A DNA stretch of 64,000 bases, taken from positions 66,159 through 130,158 of the forward strand of contig NZ_CANMSY010000008.1 of the NCBI RefSeq assembly GCF_947500705.1, in the 5' to 3' direction. This DNA is from an uncultured Brachybacterium sp. GTDB lineage: Bacteria; Actinomycetota; Actinomycetes; Actinomycetales; Dermabacteraceae. The position numbers and the translations under genes are program-made. The notes under the pieces are model-generated. The model made no database searches. It saw only the letters and a list, made by a program, of their open reading frames with translations, and had not been told where the DNA came from. Below, in pieces: positions 39,196 through 48,981 of the stretch. Each line of letters starts with the position of its first letter. Position 1 is the stretch's first letter.

Positions 39196-40907
39196 GCTTC
39201 GAGGGCGGCTCGGGCCTGCGCATCCAGGAGTGGCTCCAGGATGATCCCGATCCCGCGACGCGTGCGGCGCTCGCGAGCCTGCTGGAGCAGGCGGAGGCCG
39301 GAAGCGAGGTTGCGCAGGTCGAGCTCGCCGACGCCTTCTCCGCCGATCTGCAGTTCGGCACCGCCGGGCTGCGGGGACGGATGGCACCGGGTCCGAACCG
39401 GATGAATCTCGCCGTGGTCTCCCGGGCTGCGCGCGGGCTCGCCGACCACCTGCTCGAGGATCTCGAGCTGACGGAGCCGCTGGTGGTCATCGGCTTCGAT
39501 GCCCGCCACAACTCCGAGGCCTTCGCCCGGCGCTCCGCCGCGATCATGGTCGCCGCCGGCTGCCGGGTGCAGCTGCTGGAGCGCTTCGGCCCCACCCCGC
39601 TGGTCGCCTTCGGGGTGCGGCAGCTGGAGGCCGACGCCGGCATCGTGGTCACCGCCTCCCACAATCCCCCGGCGGACAACGGCTACAAGGTCTATCTCGG
39701 TGGGCGCGCCGCCGACCCCGACGGTCGTGGTGTGCAGATCGTGCCGCCCTCGGATGCGCAGATCGCCGCCCGCATCGCCGCGGTCGGCCCTGTGCAGGGG
39801 ATCCCGGTCGCCGACTCCGGCTGGGAGCTGCTGGGCGAGCAGCTGCGCGAGGACTATCTCGCAGCGATCTGCGCGCTGCCCGCGGAAGACGGGCCCCGCG
39901 AGGTGCGGATCGTGCACACGGCGATGCATGGGGTGGGCACTGAGATCGCACTGGCGGCCCTGCATCGCACCGGGTTCACGGACGTGCATCCGGTCGCGAA
40001 GCAGGCCGATCCCGACCCCGACTTCCCCACCGTCGCCTTCCCGAACCCCGAGGAGCCCGGCGCGATCGATCTCGCGCTCGAGCTGGCCCGCACTCTCGAG
40101 GCCGATGTGGTGATCGCCAATGACCCCGACGCCGACCGCTGCGCCGCCGCGGTGCTCGATCCCCACCTGGCCAACTGGCGGATGCTCACCGGCGATGAGC
40201 TGGGTGTGCTGCTGGGAGACCACCTGGTGCGTCGGCACGGCTACCGCGGAGTGCTGGCCCGCTCGATCGTCTCCAGCCGGTGGCTGAACCGGGTCGCTGA
40301 GGACGCGGGCCTGGAGGCCGCGACCACGCTGACCGGGTTCAAGTGGATCACCCGCGCGCCGGGGATCGCCTTCGGCTATGAGGAGGCGATCGGGTACTGC
40401 GTGCTGCCGGAGGTGGTGCGGGACAAGGACGGGCTCTCGGCGGCGCTGATGGTCGCGGAGATCGCGGCGCTCGCGAAGGCGGAGGGCACCACGCTGGTCG
40501 GGCGGCTCGACCAGCTCGCCGCGGGGCACGGCCTGTACTCGACCGCGCAGCTGTCGATCCGGGTCGAGGACCTGTCGCTGATCGGCGTGATGATGGAGCG
40601 CCTGCGGGCGGCTCCGCCCACGGCGCTGCTGGATTCACCGGTGCTGACGACTCAGGACCTCTCCGAAGGGTCCTCGGAGACCACCGGGCTCCCGCCGACG
40701 GAGGGCGTGCTGCTGCTCAGCGAGGATGACACCCGAGTGGTGGTGCGGCCCTCCGGGACCGAACCGAAGCTCAAGTGCTATCTCGAGCTGGTCACGACGT
40801 TGCCCGCCGGCGCCTCCGGCGCGGAGATCGGACGGATCCGACGCCGGGCCGAGGAGCGGCTGGAGCTGTTGAAGGACGAGCTGCGCCTGGTGCTCGGGGC
40901 CGCCTGA
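39192..40907 (+). CDS. Phospho-sugar mutase (PGM/PMM family; phosphopentomutase role plausible from context)
   Basis: FGTAGLRG, TASHNP, DPDADR, GYEEAIG, DKDG and RPSGTEPKLKCY. Confidence 0.92.
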   Translation: MSFEGGSGLRIQEWLQDDPDPATRAALASLLEQAEAGSEVAQVELADAFSADLQFGTAGLRGRMAPGPNRMNLAVVSRAARGLADHLLEDLELTEPLVVIGFDARHNSEAFARRSAAIMVAAGCRVQLLERFGPTPLVAFGVRQLEADAGIVVTASHNPPADNGYKVYLGGRAADPDGRGVQIVPPSDAQIAARIAAVGPVQGIPVADSGWELLGEQLREDYLAAICALPAEDGPREVRIVHTAMHGVGTEIALAALHRTGFTDVHPVAKQADPDPDFPTVAFPNPEEPGAIDLALELARTLEADVVIANDPDADRCAAAVLDPHLANWRMLTGDELGVLLGDHLVRRHGYRGVLARSIVSSRWLNRVAEDAGLEAATTLTGFKWITRAPGIAFGYEEAIGYCVLPEVVRDKDGLSAALMVAEIAALAKAEGTTLVGRLDQLAAGHGLYSTAQLSIRVEDLSLIGVMMERLRAAPPTALLDSPVLTTQDLSEGSSETTGLPPTEGVLLLSEDDTRVVVRPSGTEPKLKCYLELVTTLPAGASGAEIGRIRRRAEERLELLKDELRLVLGAA

Positions 40908-40970
40908 GTCGGCGCCGGCGCGGGCTCGGAACTCGCGCCGGGACTCCGCACTCAGGCGCGGGCTCCGCAT

Positions 40971-42128
40971 TCAGGCCCGGGCTCTGCGACGCGAGCCGGC
41001 GACGACGGTGGCGAGCACCGCGATCAGCAGCGAGCCGGCGGTGATCACCCCCGCGAGCACCAGCAGCCAGCCGACGGGGATGCCCATCACGGCGACGACC
41101 TTCGTGGTGGTGTAGGTGGGGATCACGTCCTCCGCCTCGGGATCGGGGACGAAGGTGAAGTCGGTGGTGAAGGAGTCCGGTGCCCCGCGCACCTCGAACT
41201 CGGTCACCATGCGGTATGCCGCCGGGCGCTCTTGGCTCTGCGCCGCGTCGCCGAGGTCCTCCCCCGCCAGTTCCCGCAGAGTCGCATCGGACCAGGTCCA
41301 GTCATTGCTCGTGGGTGAGCCGATCCAGGGCCGGTTCACCTCCTGCTGCGCCGCGGACGGGTCGGTGCGGTGCACGGCCGTCTCGCCGAGCACGAAGAGG
41401 TGCACCGTCTGGGCGGTCTCGGCCGCCTGGGAGAAGCGCATCGGGTAGATCAGCTCGTCGGTCTCGAAGTCGAACCTCAGCGGCTCGACGTCCCCGCTGA
41501 GCACGGCGTCGGCCGCATAGCGGACCGCGGTGAAGGTCCATCCGTCCGCAGAGTAGGGATCGATCAGGGCCGAGAGGTCCTCGGACAGGGCGTAGCCGTT
41601 GTCCGTGAGCCAGTTGCGCACCCCGTCGGGCTCTCCGCCGAGCACCGCCACCTCGTAGTCGCCGATCCGCTCCTGGGAATGGACGGTGGGCTGTGCACCT
41701 TCGGTCACGCCGGTGCCAGGTGCACCACCGCCTGCCCCCGCGCCGAACGGGCTCTCGCCCCAGAAGTCGTACTCGATCACCTCACGGGGTGCGGTCGCAG
41801 CCGTCATCTCCCGCAGGGTCCCGGACTGGGCGGCGCTGACCTCCGGCACCGCCGGGGTGGGCATCAGCAAGGTCGAGCCGACGCGTTCGGCATCGAGCGC
41901 GAGGCCCATCACGATCGTCTCCACGCCATCGCGCAGGGAGAGCACCGCGGTCTCCTTCATGACGTTGGCGCCGTCGGGCCGGTCCGCCGGATCGACAAAG
42001 CCGCCGCAGGCGCACGCCGCGGCCGGCGACGCAGCCCCGAGGACCAGCTGCGCCATGAGCAGGGCGCCCGCGAGCAGACCGCAGAACCAGCGACGGAAGG
42101 TCCGGTCGGTCGCGAGCGCCGAGCCCAT
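40971..42128 (-). CDS. DUF2330-like exported/membrane-anchored protein
   Basis: Signal-like N-terminus, then ACACGG; PLRFDFETDELIYPMR; C-terminal TM. Confidence 0.65.
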   Translation of the reverse strand: MGSALATDRTFRRWFCGLLAGALLMAQLVLGAASPAAACACGGFVDPADRPDGANVMKETAVLSLRDGVETIVMGLALDAERVGSTLLMPTPAVPEVSAAQSGTLREMTAATAPREVIEYDFWGESPFGAGAGGGAPGTGVTEGAQPTVHSQERIGDYEVAVLGGEPDGVRNWLTDNGYALSEDLSALIDPYSADGWTFTAVRYAADAVLSGDVEPLRFDFETDELIYPMRFSQAAETAQTVHLFVLGETAVHRTDPSAAQQEVNRPWIGSPTSNDWTWSDATLRELAGEDLGDAAQSQERPAAYRMVTEFEVRGAPDSFTTDFTFVPDPEAEDVIPTYTTTKVVAVMGIPVGWLLVLAGVITAGSLLIAVLATVVAGSRRRARA

Positions 42129-42131
42129 CTC

Positions 42132-42797
42132 TCAGTACCCCGAGCCGATGCCGCCCTCGAGGATCGTCCTCGAGGAGGACAGCCCCAGCCGGCTGGCGCC
42201 GGCGGCGACCATCGCCTCGGCGGCCTCGCGGGTGCGGATCCCGCCAGAGGCCTTGACGCCCAGCCGATCGCCGACGGTGCTGCGCATGAGCTGCACGGCG
42301 TGCTCGGTGGCACCCCCGGCGGGATGGAAGCCGGTGGAGGTCTTCACGAAGTCGGCGCCGGCGCGCTCGGCGGCCTCGCAGACCGCGACGATCTGCTCGT
42401 CGGTGAGGGCGGCGGACTCGATGATCACCTTGAGCACCACCGGTGCCGGAGCAGCCTCGCGCACGGCGCGGATCTCCTGCTCGACGGCAGCGAAGTCGCC
42501 CGCCCGGGCGAGTCCGACGTTGATCACCATGTCGACCTCGTCGGCGCCCTTCGCCGCGGAGTCGGCGGCCTCGGCGGCCTTGATGGAGGGGGCGTGCTGC
42601 CCCGAGGGGAATCCGCACACGGTGGCGACCTTGACCGTGGTCTCGAGCGGGAGCATCGAGGGAGAGACGCAGAGGGAGTAGGTGCCCAGCTCCTCCGCCT
42701 CGCGCAGCAGCGCGGCGACGTCAGCGGCAGTGGCCTCGGGCTTGAGCAGGGTGTGGTCGATGAGACCGGCGAGGGTCGAGCTGTCGATGTTGGTCAT
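42132..42797 (-). CDS. deoC: Deoxyribose-phosphate aldolase
   Basis: [34 protein letters not shown] and VKASGGIR. Confidence 0.95.
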   Translation of the reverse strand: MTNIDSSTLAGLIDHTLLKPEATAADVAALLREAEELGTYSLCVSPSMLPLETTVKVATVCGFPSGQHAPSIKAAEAADSAAKGADEVDMVINVGLARAGDFAAVEQEIRAVREAAPAPVVLKVIIESAALTDEQIVAVCEAAERAGADFVKTSTGFHPAGGATEHAVQLMRSTVGDRLGVKASGGIRTREAAEAMVAAGASRLGLSSSRTILEGGIGSGY

Positions 42798-42996
42798 GCG
42801 CTGATCTTGGCAGAACACCCCTGCCCACCGCATCCGCGACAGCGACGATCCGGTCACGATGGGCCCTGCTCGAGGAGATCCTTGCTCGGGGAGATCCTTC
42901 GCGAGGTCGAACAGGGATCCGACGCGGTGGAACCTGGTCACGATGAGGCACGTCCCATGAGCTGTGCATTCCACGCGGCCTCTAGACTGGCGCGCT

Positions 42997-44076
42997 GTGA
43001 CTGCTCCTGGATCTCGTCCCCGCCCGCCCCGGCGCATCGTCCTGCTCGCCGGCCCCTCGGGCAGCGGGAAGGGTGAGCTCTCGCGTCGCTCCGGGCTGCC
43101 GGTGCTCGCGCTGGACGAGTTCTACCACGACCTCGATGAGCCTGGTCTGCCGCGCCGCTACGGCATCGTGGACTGGGACGATCCGGCGTCGTGGAACGGC
43201 GGGGCTGCGCTCGAGGCGCTCACTGCCCTCGCCCACGAAGGCAGCACCGAGGTGCCCGTCTACTCGATCGCCGCCTCGCGCCGCCTGGACACCCGCCGGC
43301 TCGATGCCGGGGATGCACCGCTGCTCATCGCGGAGGGCATCTTCGCCGCACAGCTCATCGAGCCGCTGTCGGCGGCAGGGCTGCTGGCCGATGCGCTGGT
43401 GCTGCAGCGGCCCACCCCGGTGGTGTTCATGCTGCGCCTGGCACGAGACCTGCGGGAGCGGCGCAAGCCTCCGCACACGCTGCTGCGGCGCGGCTGGTCG
43501 CTGGCCCGTGAGCAGCGCACCGATATCGCGCGCTGGAAAGCTGCGGGAATGCGCCCCGAAGGGCTCCACCGCGGCACCCGCTGGCTCCGCCGCCTCACCG
43601 CCAGCGCCGAGGCGGAGCAGCATCTGCACGCCAGCGACCCGCGCACCGAGATCCTGCGGATCACCTCGGTCTGCTTCCTGCGCGAGGGCACGGAGGGCCT
43701 GGAGGTGCTCGCGGTGCGCAAACGAGGCACCGGCTCGTACATGCAGGTCGGCGGCAAGCTCGAGGGAGGCGAGTCCGCACTCCAGGCTGCGGTGCGGGAG
43801 GTCGATGAAGAGCTGGGCGTGCAGCTCGCAATGACCGATCTGACGCTCCTGGGCGACTTCGAAGCAGCCGCAGCCAACGAGCCGAACACGATGGTGCACT
43901 CCACCGTCTGGACCACCCGTGCGCCCCTCCCGGAGCCGCTCGCGGTGCGCGCCGAGCTCGCCGATCACCGCTGGGTGGACATCGAGAAGCCGGGGACCGG
44001 GGCACGCCTGGCCCCGCTGATGGTCCAGCACATCCTGCCAGCTCTGCGCATGCTCTATGGTGCGCGCCGCGGCTGA
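42997..44076 (+). CDS. Uridine-kinase-like P-loop NTPase fused to a NUDIX hydrolase
   Basis: [25 protein letters not shown] and IAEGIFA; C-terminal [23 protein letters not shown] Nudix box; GTG 8 nt after TAGACT. Confidence 0.75.
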   Translation: MTAPGSRPRPPRRIVLLAGPSGSGKGELSRRSGLPVLALDEFYHDLDEPGLPRRYGIVDWDDPASWNGGAALEALTALAHEGSTEVPVYSIAASRRLDTRRLDAGDAPLLIAEGIFAAQLIEPLSAAGLLADALVLQRPTPVVFMLRLARDLRERRKPPHTLLRRGWSLAREQRTDIARWKAAGMRPEGLHRGTRWLRRLTASAEAEQHLHASDPRTEILRITSVCFLREGTEGLEVLAVRKRGTGSYMQVGGKLEGGESALQAAVREVDEELGVQLAMTDLTLLGDFEAAAANEPNTMVHSTVWTTRAPLPEPLAVRAELADHRWVDIEKPGTGARLAPLMVQHILPALRMLYGARRG

Positions 44077-44113
44077 GCCCGCGACAGCGGCAGCGGGAGC
44101 AGCCACGGCCGTC

Positions 44114-44156
44114 CACGCTGATCACGCTGATCACGCTGATCACGCTGATCACGCTG
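44114..44156. repeat. 9-bp VNTR (CACGCTGAT) x4.8
   Basis: Four exact units plus CACGCTG. Confidence 0.92.
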
Positions 44157-44164
44157 GCCACAGC

Positions 44165-44190
44165 GGCCCCGGCCCCGGCCCCGGCCCCGG
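44165..44190 (-). repeat. (GGGGCC)4 hexamer repeat, potential G-quadruplex
   Basis: + strand GGCCCC x4; four G4 runs with 2-nt loops on the - strand. Confidence 0.8.
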
Positions 44191-44252
44191 AAGAGTGTCG
44201 GCGCCGATGCTCCCTGGAAGCACCGGCGCCGGTCAGACATCGCGGCGATCGC

Positions 44253-45566
44253 TCAGGCGATGCGGTCCTTCACGATCTTCCGCGCCGGGACAGCCGTCCC
44301 GGGGGCGGCGAGGGTCCAGGATCCGGTGATCGACTCGATCGCGCGCGGCATCCGCTCGGCGGTATCGGTGTGCAGACGGGCCAGGACATCCCCTGCCCTC
44401 ACCGCATCACCGATATGCGCCTCGATCTCGACCCCGGCCGCGGCCTGCACCGCCTCGCCCGGACGGGAACGACCCGCGCCGAGCCGCCACGCGGCGACGC
44501 CCACGCCCATCGCATCGAGCCCGGTGACCACGCCGTCCTCGGTGGCGCGAAACTCCTCGACGTGCTTCGCGACAGGCAGCGGCGCATCGACGTCGCCGCC
44601 CTGGGCGGAGATCATCGCGCGCCAGGAGTCCATGGCGCGGCCATCGGCGAGCGCGGCCTCGACGTCGGGATCGCGCACCCCGGCGGCCTCGAGCATCTCG
44701 CGGGCGAGGGCGCAGGTCAGCTCGACCACATCGGCGGGTCCTCCGCCGGCGAGCACCTCGAGGGACTCGCGCACCTCGAGACCGTTGCCGGCGGTGCGAC
44801 CCAGCGGCGCGGACATGTCCGTCAGCAGGGCGACCGTGCGCACGCCCGCGTCGGTGCCGAGCTCGACCATGGTGCGGGCGAGCTCGCGGGCGTCGGCCTC
44901 GTCCTTCATGAAGGCACCGGCGCCGGTCTTCACGTCGAGGGTGAGCGCCGCCGTGCCCTCGGCGATCTTCTTGGACATGATCGAGGAGGCGATCAGCGGG
45001 ATCGCCTCGACGGTACCGGTGACATCACGCAGGGCGTAGAGCTTCTTGTCCGCCGGGGCGAGGCCGGAGCCGGCCGCGCAGATCACGGCGCCCACCTCCT
45101 CGAGCTGGCGCATCATCTGCTCGTTGCTGAGGTCCGCGCGCCAGCCCGGGATCGCCTCGAGCTTGTCGAGGGTGCCGCCGGTGTGGCCGAGCCCGCGCCC
45201 GGACAGCTGCGGCACCGCGACCCCGTAGGAGGCGACCAGGGGTGCCAGCGGCAGGGTGATCTTGTCCCCCACCCCGCCGGTGGAGTGCTTATCGGTGGTG
45301 GGCTTCGACAGCGCAGCAAAATCCATCCGCTCGCCGCTGGCGATCATCGCGTGCGTCCAGCGGGCGATCTCGGCACGCTCCATGCCGCGCAGGAAGATCG
45401 CCATCGCGAGCGCCGCCATCTGCTCCTCGGCGACCACTCCGCGGGTGTACGCGTCGACCACCCAGTCGATCTGGCCGTCCTCGAGGCGACCGCCGTCGCG
45501 CTTGGTGTGGATCACGTCGACGACGTCGAAGGGTTCGACGGCGAGAGATGCTGGGGCGTCGTTCAT
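44253..45566 (-). CDS. deoA: Thymidine/pyrimidine-nucleoside phosphorylase
   Basis: DKHSTGGVGDK, SGRGLGHTGGTLDKLE, LYALRDVT and SSIMSKK. Confidence 0.95.
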   Translation of the reverse strand: MNDAPASLAVEPFDVVDVIHTKRDGGRLEDGQIDWVVDAYTRGVVAEEQMAALAMAIFLRGMERAEIARWTHAMIASGERMDFAALSKPTTDKHSTGGVGDKITLPLAPLVASYGVAVPQLSGRGLGHTGGTLDKLEAIPGWRADLSNEQMMRQLEEVGAVICAAGSGLAPADKKLYALRDVTGTVEAIPLIASSIMSKKIAEGTAALTLDVKTGAGAFMKDEADARELARTMVELGTDAGVRTVALLTDMSAPLGRTAGNGLEVRESLEVLAGGGPADVVELTCALAREMLEAAGVRDPDVEAALADGRAMDSWRAMISAQGGDVDAPLPVAKHVEEFRATEDGVVTGLDAMGVGVAAWRLGAGRSRPGEAVQAAAGVEIEAHIGDAVRAGDVLARLHTDTAERMPRAIESITGSWTLAAPGTAVPARKIVKDRIA

Positions 45567-45642
45567 GCGGTGCTCCTCGGGTTGGGTCGGTGCGCCCTCT
45601 GTCCCGCCGCGCTGTGGTCGGGGCCGGGCGTCCTGGGTCGGA

Positions 45643-46110
45643 TCAGGGCTGGAGATCAGCGGGCCCGAAAGCCTGAGGCAGCACGGCGTCCATCCCGCGC
45701 GTTCCCTCAGGCGTGAGGATCACGAGGTCGGGTGCCGCGTGCTCCGAGAGCAGCTGCCGGCACCGGCCGCAGGGCATGACCACGCCGCGCTCCTCGCGGC
45801 GGAGCTGCTCGTCGCCGCCGACGCAGACGAAACGGCGCAGCCGTCCCCCGCCTCCGGCGATCAGCTCGCTGATCATCCCGCACTCCGCGCACAGGGTGAC
45901 GCCGTAGCCGGCGTTCTCGACGTTGCAGCCACGCACCAGGCGGCCGTCCTCGGTGAGGCCGGCCGCCCCCACTCGGAAGTGGGAGTACGGGGTGTAGGCG
46001 CGCTCGGCGATCTCCCGAGCCACGGCGAGCAGGTCGTCGAACTCGGTGTCGTGGGGAGTGGCGTTGTCGTCACCGGGGATCCCGCGCTCGGCGGGCTCGC
46101 TGCTGCTCAT
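45643..46110 (-). CDS. cdd: Cytidine deaminase
   Basis: AYTPYSHFRVGAA, GCNVENA, CAE and PCGRCRQ. Confidence 0.93.
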   Translation of the reverse strand: MSSSEPAERGIPGDDNATPHDTEFDDLLAVAREIAERAYTPYSHFRVGAAGLTEDGRLVRGCNVENAGYGVTLCAECGMISELIAGGGGRLRRFVCVGGDEQLRREERGVVMPCGRCRQLLSEHAAPDLVILTPEGTRGMDAVLPQAFGPADLQP

Positions 46111-46123
46111 GCTGCCGATGCTC

Positions 46124-47461
46124 TCACTGCTTGATGTACGGCTGGCCGTCGGCCGCTGGCACCCGCACTCTGCCCACGACACCTGCCACGGCGAACAGCG
46201 CGACGATGTACGGGAGCATCAGCAGGAAGTCGCCGGGGATGGAGACTCCGCCTTCGGCGGCGGACATCGTGCCCAGACGCAGCTGGAGCGAGTCCGCGAA
46301 GGCAAAGGTGAGCGCCGCGAGGAGCGCGCCGACCGGATGGTAGCGGCCCAGGATCATCGCGGCGAGCGCGATGTAGCCCTTGCCGGCGGACATCTCCTCG
46401 CCGAAGGCGACTCCGGTGCCGATGGTGAGGGTCGCCCCGCCGAGGCCCGCGACCGCGGAGCCCAGCAGCACGTTCTTCCAGCGGGTGAGGTTCACGGCGA
46501 TGCCGACGGTGTCGGCGGCTTTCGGATGCTCGCCGACGGCGCGCACGCGCAGCCCCCAGCGGGTGCGGAACAGCGCGACGGTCAGTCCCGCGACGATGAT
46601 CCACATCAGGTAGACGAGGATGTTCTGCTCGAACAGCGCGGCGCCGACCAGCGGGATGTCTGCCAGCACCGGGATCCGCAGCGTGGGCAGTCGCATCGGA
46701 GCGTTGAACAGCCCGGGGTTGTCGCTCATCACGGACCCGAAGAAGAACGAGGTGAGCCCGATCGCGAGCACGTTCAGCACCACACCGACGATGATCTGCT
46801 GGACGTGATAGCCGACCGCGAACATGGCCAGCAGCGCGCCCATGAACATGGCGACGATCGGTGCGGCCACCAGGCCGATCCAGACGCTGCCGGTGATCGA
46901 GCCGACCAGGGTGGCACCGAAGGCGCCGAACAGCAGCTGCCCCTCGATCGCGATGTTGATGACGCCCGAGCGCTCTGAGAGCACCCCGGACAGGGCGCCG
47001 AAGGCCAGCGGGACGGCCAGCACGATGGTGCCTTGCAGCAGGGTGGTCACATCCAGCGTGCGCTGGGAGATCACCCAGGTCATGAACGCCAGGATCCAGG
47101 CCACCGCGAACACGGCGATCAGCGTGAGGCGCGCGCGGGCCGACGGCCGGGCGCTGCGGGCATGGAGCACCCAGAGCGCGGCCGAGGCGAGCAGCGCGAT
47201 CACCGACAGCGCGATAGCGCCGCCCATCGACGAGACGACGATGCGCTCGGGGATGAGGCCGAAGGGGTTCAGATCGCTCTCATGGACCACGACGTACGCG
47301 GAATCCACACCCGGGATCCCGCGCAGGCCGAAGACGACCAGAGCGAGCAGGCCCATCACGGTGGTGGTGGCTGGAAGGTGCCACCAGCTCGTGGGGCGGA
47401 CGTCGGTGAATGCCTTCTCCACCGGCGAGTCGTCGGCGACGACGTGAGGTGCAGTGCTCAT
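46124..47461 (-). CDS. Nucleoside ABC transporter permease
   Basis: SERSGVINIAIEG, RAVGEHPKAADTVG and GKGYIALAA. Confidence 0.9.
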   Translation of the reverse strand: MSTAPHVVADDSPVEKAFTDVRPTSWWHLPATTTVMGLLALVVFGLRGIPGVDSAYVVVHESDLNPFGLIPERIVVSSMGGAIALSVIALLASAALWVLHARSARPSARARLTLIAVFAVAWILAFMTWVISQRTLDVTTLLQGTIVLAVPLAFGALSGVLSERSGVINIAIEGQLLFGAFGATLVGSITGSVWIGLVAAPIVAMFMGALLAMFAVGYHVQQIIVGVVLNVLAIGLTSFFFGSVMSDNPGLFNAPMRLPTLRIPVLADIPLVGAALFEQNILVYLMWIIVAGLTVALFRTRWGLRVRAVGEHPKAADTVGIAVNLTRWKNVLLGSAVAGLGGATLTIGTGVAFGEEMSAGKGYIALAAMILGRYHPVGALLAALTFAFADSLQLRLGTMSAAEGGVSIPGDFLLMLPYIVALFAVAGVVGRVRVPAADGQPYIKQ

Positions 47462-48981
47462 CGCTCCTCCTCCTGCGCATCGGTGCGGTCCTCGGACGAG
47501 TCCGCTGCGGGGGTCGGTCCTTCCAGGGAGGAAGGATCGGTGTCGTCGGTCGCGTGGGGATCTGGTGGTCCGCCGCTGGTCGCGGTGCCCGCAGCTCCGG
47601 GGGCGCCGGAGGTGACAGCGACCTTCTCGGCACCGGTCCTGGGACGGCGGGCACCCCGCACGCGAGCGGCGGCGCCGGGATGGTCGATGCGGCGCAGGCC
47701 GATCAGCGTCCGCACCAGCGGCGGGGCGGCGATGAACAGCACCACGAGCACCTGGATCACCTGCACCAGGTCCAGCGGGACGCCCTGGTTGGATTCCATG
47801 AAGCGCCCACCCGTGGACAGCCCCGCGAAGAGCAGGCCCGCGAGCACGATGCCGACCGGGCCCGAGCGGCCCAGCAGCGCCACGGTGATGGCATCGAAGC
47901 CGAGGCTCCCGGCCACACCCTCGGTCAGCCTCTGCTCGGTGCCGAGCACGTGCACAGCACCGGCGAGACCCACCAGGGCCCCGGCGACGGCGAGCACCAG
48001 GAAGGAGGTGCGGGCCGGGGAGATCCCGGCGACCTGCGCGGCACGAGGATTGGAGCCCACCGCGCGGAAGTGGAAGCCGATGGTGGAGCGACTCATCAGC
48101 CACCACAGCAGCACGGCTGCCCCGGCGGCGAGGAACAGACCTGCGTGGAGGCGGAACCCGGAGCCCAGCAGCAGCGGCAGCACCGCGTTGTCGCCCACGG
48201 AGGGCGAGGTGGGCTGGGACTGGTTGACGCCGGTGAACGCTGAGGTCTTGAGCGCGAAGAACAGCAGGTACGTGGCGATCCAGTTCAGCATGATGGTGCT
48301 GATGACCTCATTGGCTCCGAAACGGGCCTTGAGGAAACCGGCGATGCCGCCCCACACCCCACCGGCGAGGACACCGGCGATCAGGCAGGCCAGCAGATGC
48401 ACGACGATCGGAAGCTCGAAGGTGAAGCCCACGTAGCCGGCAGCCATCGCGCCGGCGATCAGCTGGCCGGTGCCGCCGATGTTGAACAGCCCGGCGCGGA
48501 AGGAGACGGCCATGCCCGCGGACGCGATGATCAGCGGGGTGGCGACGGTGAGGGTCTCGGTGAGGGGCCGAAACCCCGCGGAGAGAGCAGGGAGCAACAC
48601 ATAGGTGCCAGACCCTCCGGCCTCCCGGACGCTCTCGGCAGCCCGCGTGTAGCCGGGGATGTCGAAGATCGCTCCGCGGAACATCGCGCCATAGGCCTGG
48701 GTGACCGACTGCCAGATCGCGGACAGCGCGTCGGTGGGGCGGGCGAAGAAGTAGCTGAGGGTCCCACGGACCTCCTGGTTGGCGATCACGATCAGCACGG
48801 AGCCGATCAGGAAGGCGAACACGAAGCTCATCACCACGACCAGCAGGTCGCCACGGGCGATCTTCTGCAGGGTCCTGGCCAGAGCCGTCTCCGCGGACTC
48901 GGAGGGTGGCGGCGGGGTGTCGGAGCTTCCCGCCCCGACACCGGGGGCGGAGCCGGACTCGGCGGCCTCGAGCGTGCTCAT
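47458..48981 (-). CDS. Nucleoside ABC transporter permease
   Basis: GLFNIGGTGQ, GANEVISTIMLN, AVGSNP and GFDAITVALLGR; true start MSTLE at 48981, not the repeat-containing extension in the ORF track. Confidence 0.88.
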   Translation of the reverse strand: MSTLEAAESGSAPGVGAGSSDTPPPPSESAETALARTLQKIARGDLLVVVMSFVFAFLIGSVLIVIANQEVRGTLSYFFARPTDALSAIWQSVTQAYGAMFRGAIFDIPGYTRAAESVREAGGSGTYVLLPALSAGFRPLTETLTVATPLIIASAGMAVSFRAGLFNIGGTGQLIAGAMAAGYVGFTFELPIVVHLLACLIAGVLAGGVWGGIAGFLKARFGANEVISTIMLNWIATYLLFFALKTSAFTGVNQSQPTSPSVGDNAVLPLLLGSGFRLHAGLFLAAGAAVLLWWLMSRSTIGFHFRAVGSNPRAAQVAGISPARTSFLVLAVAGALVGLAGAVHVLGTEQRLTEGVAGSLGFDAITVALLGRSGPVGIVLAGLLFAGLSTGGRFMESNQGVPLDLVQVIQVLVVLFIAAPPLVRTLIGLRRIDHPGAAARVRGARRPRTGAEKVAVTSGAPGAAGTATSGGPPDPHATDDTDPSSLEGPTPAADSSEDRTDAQEEER

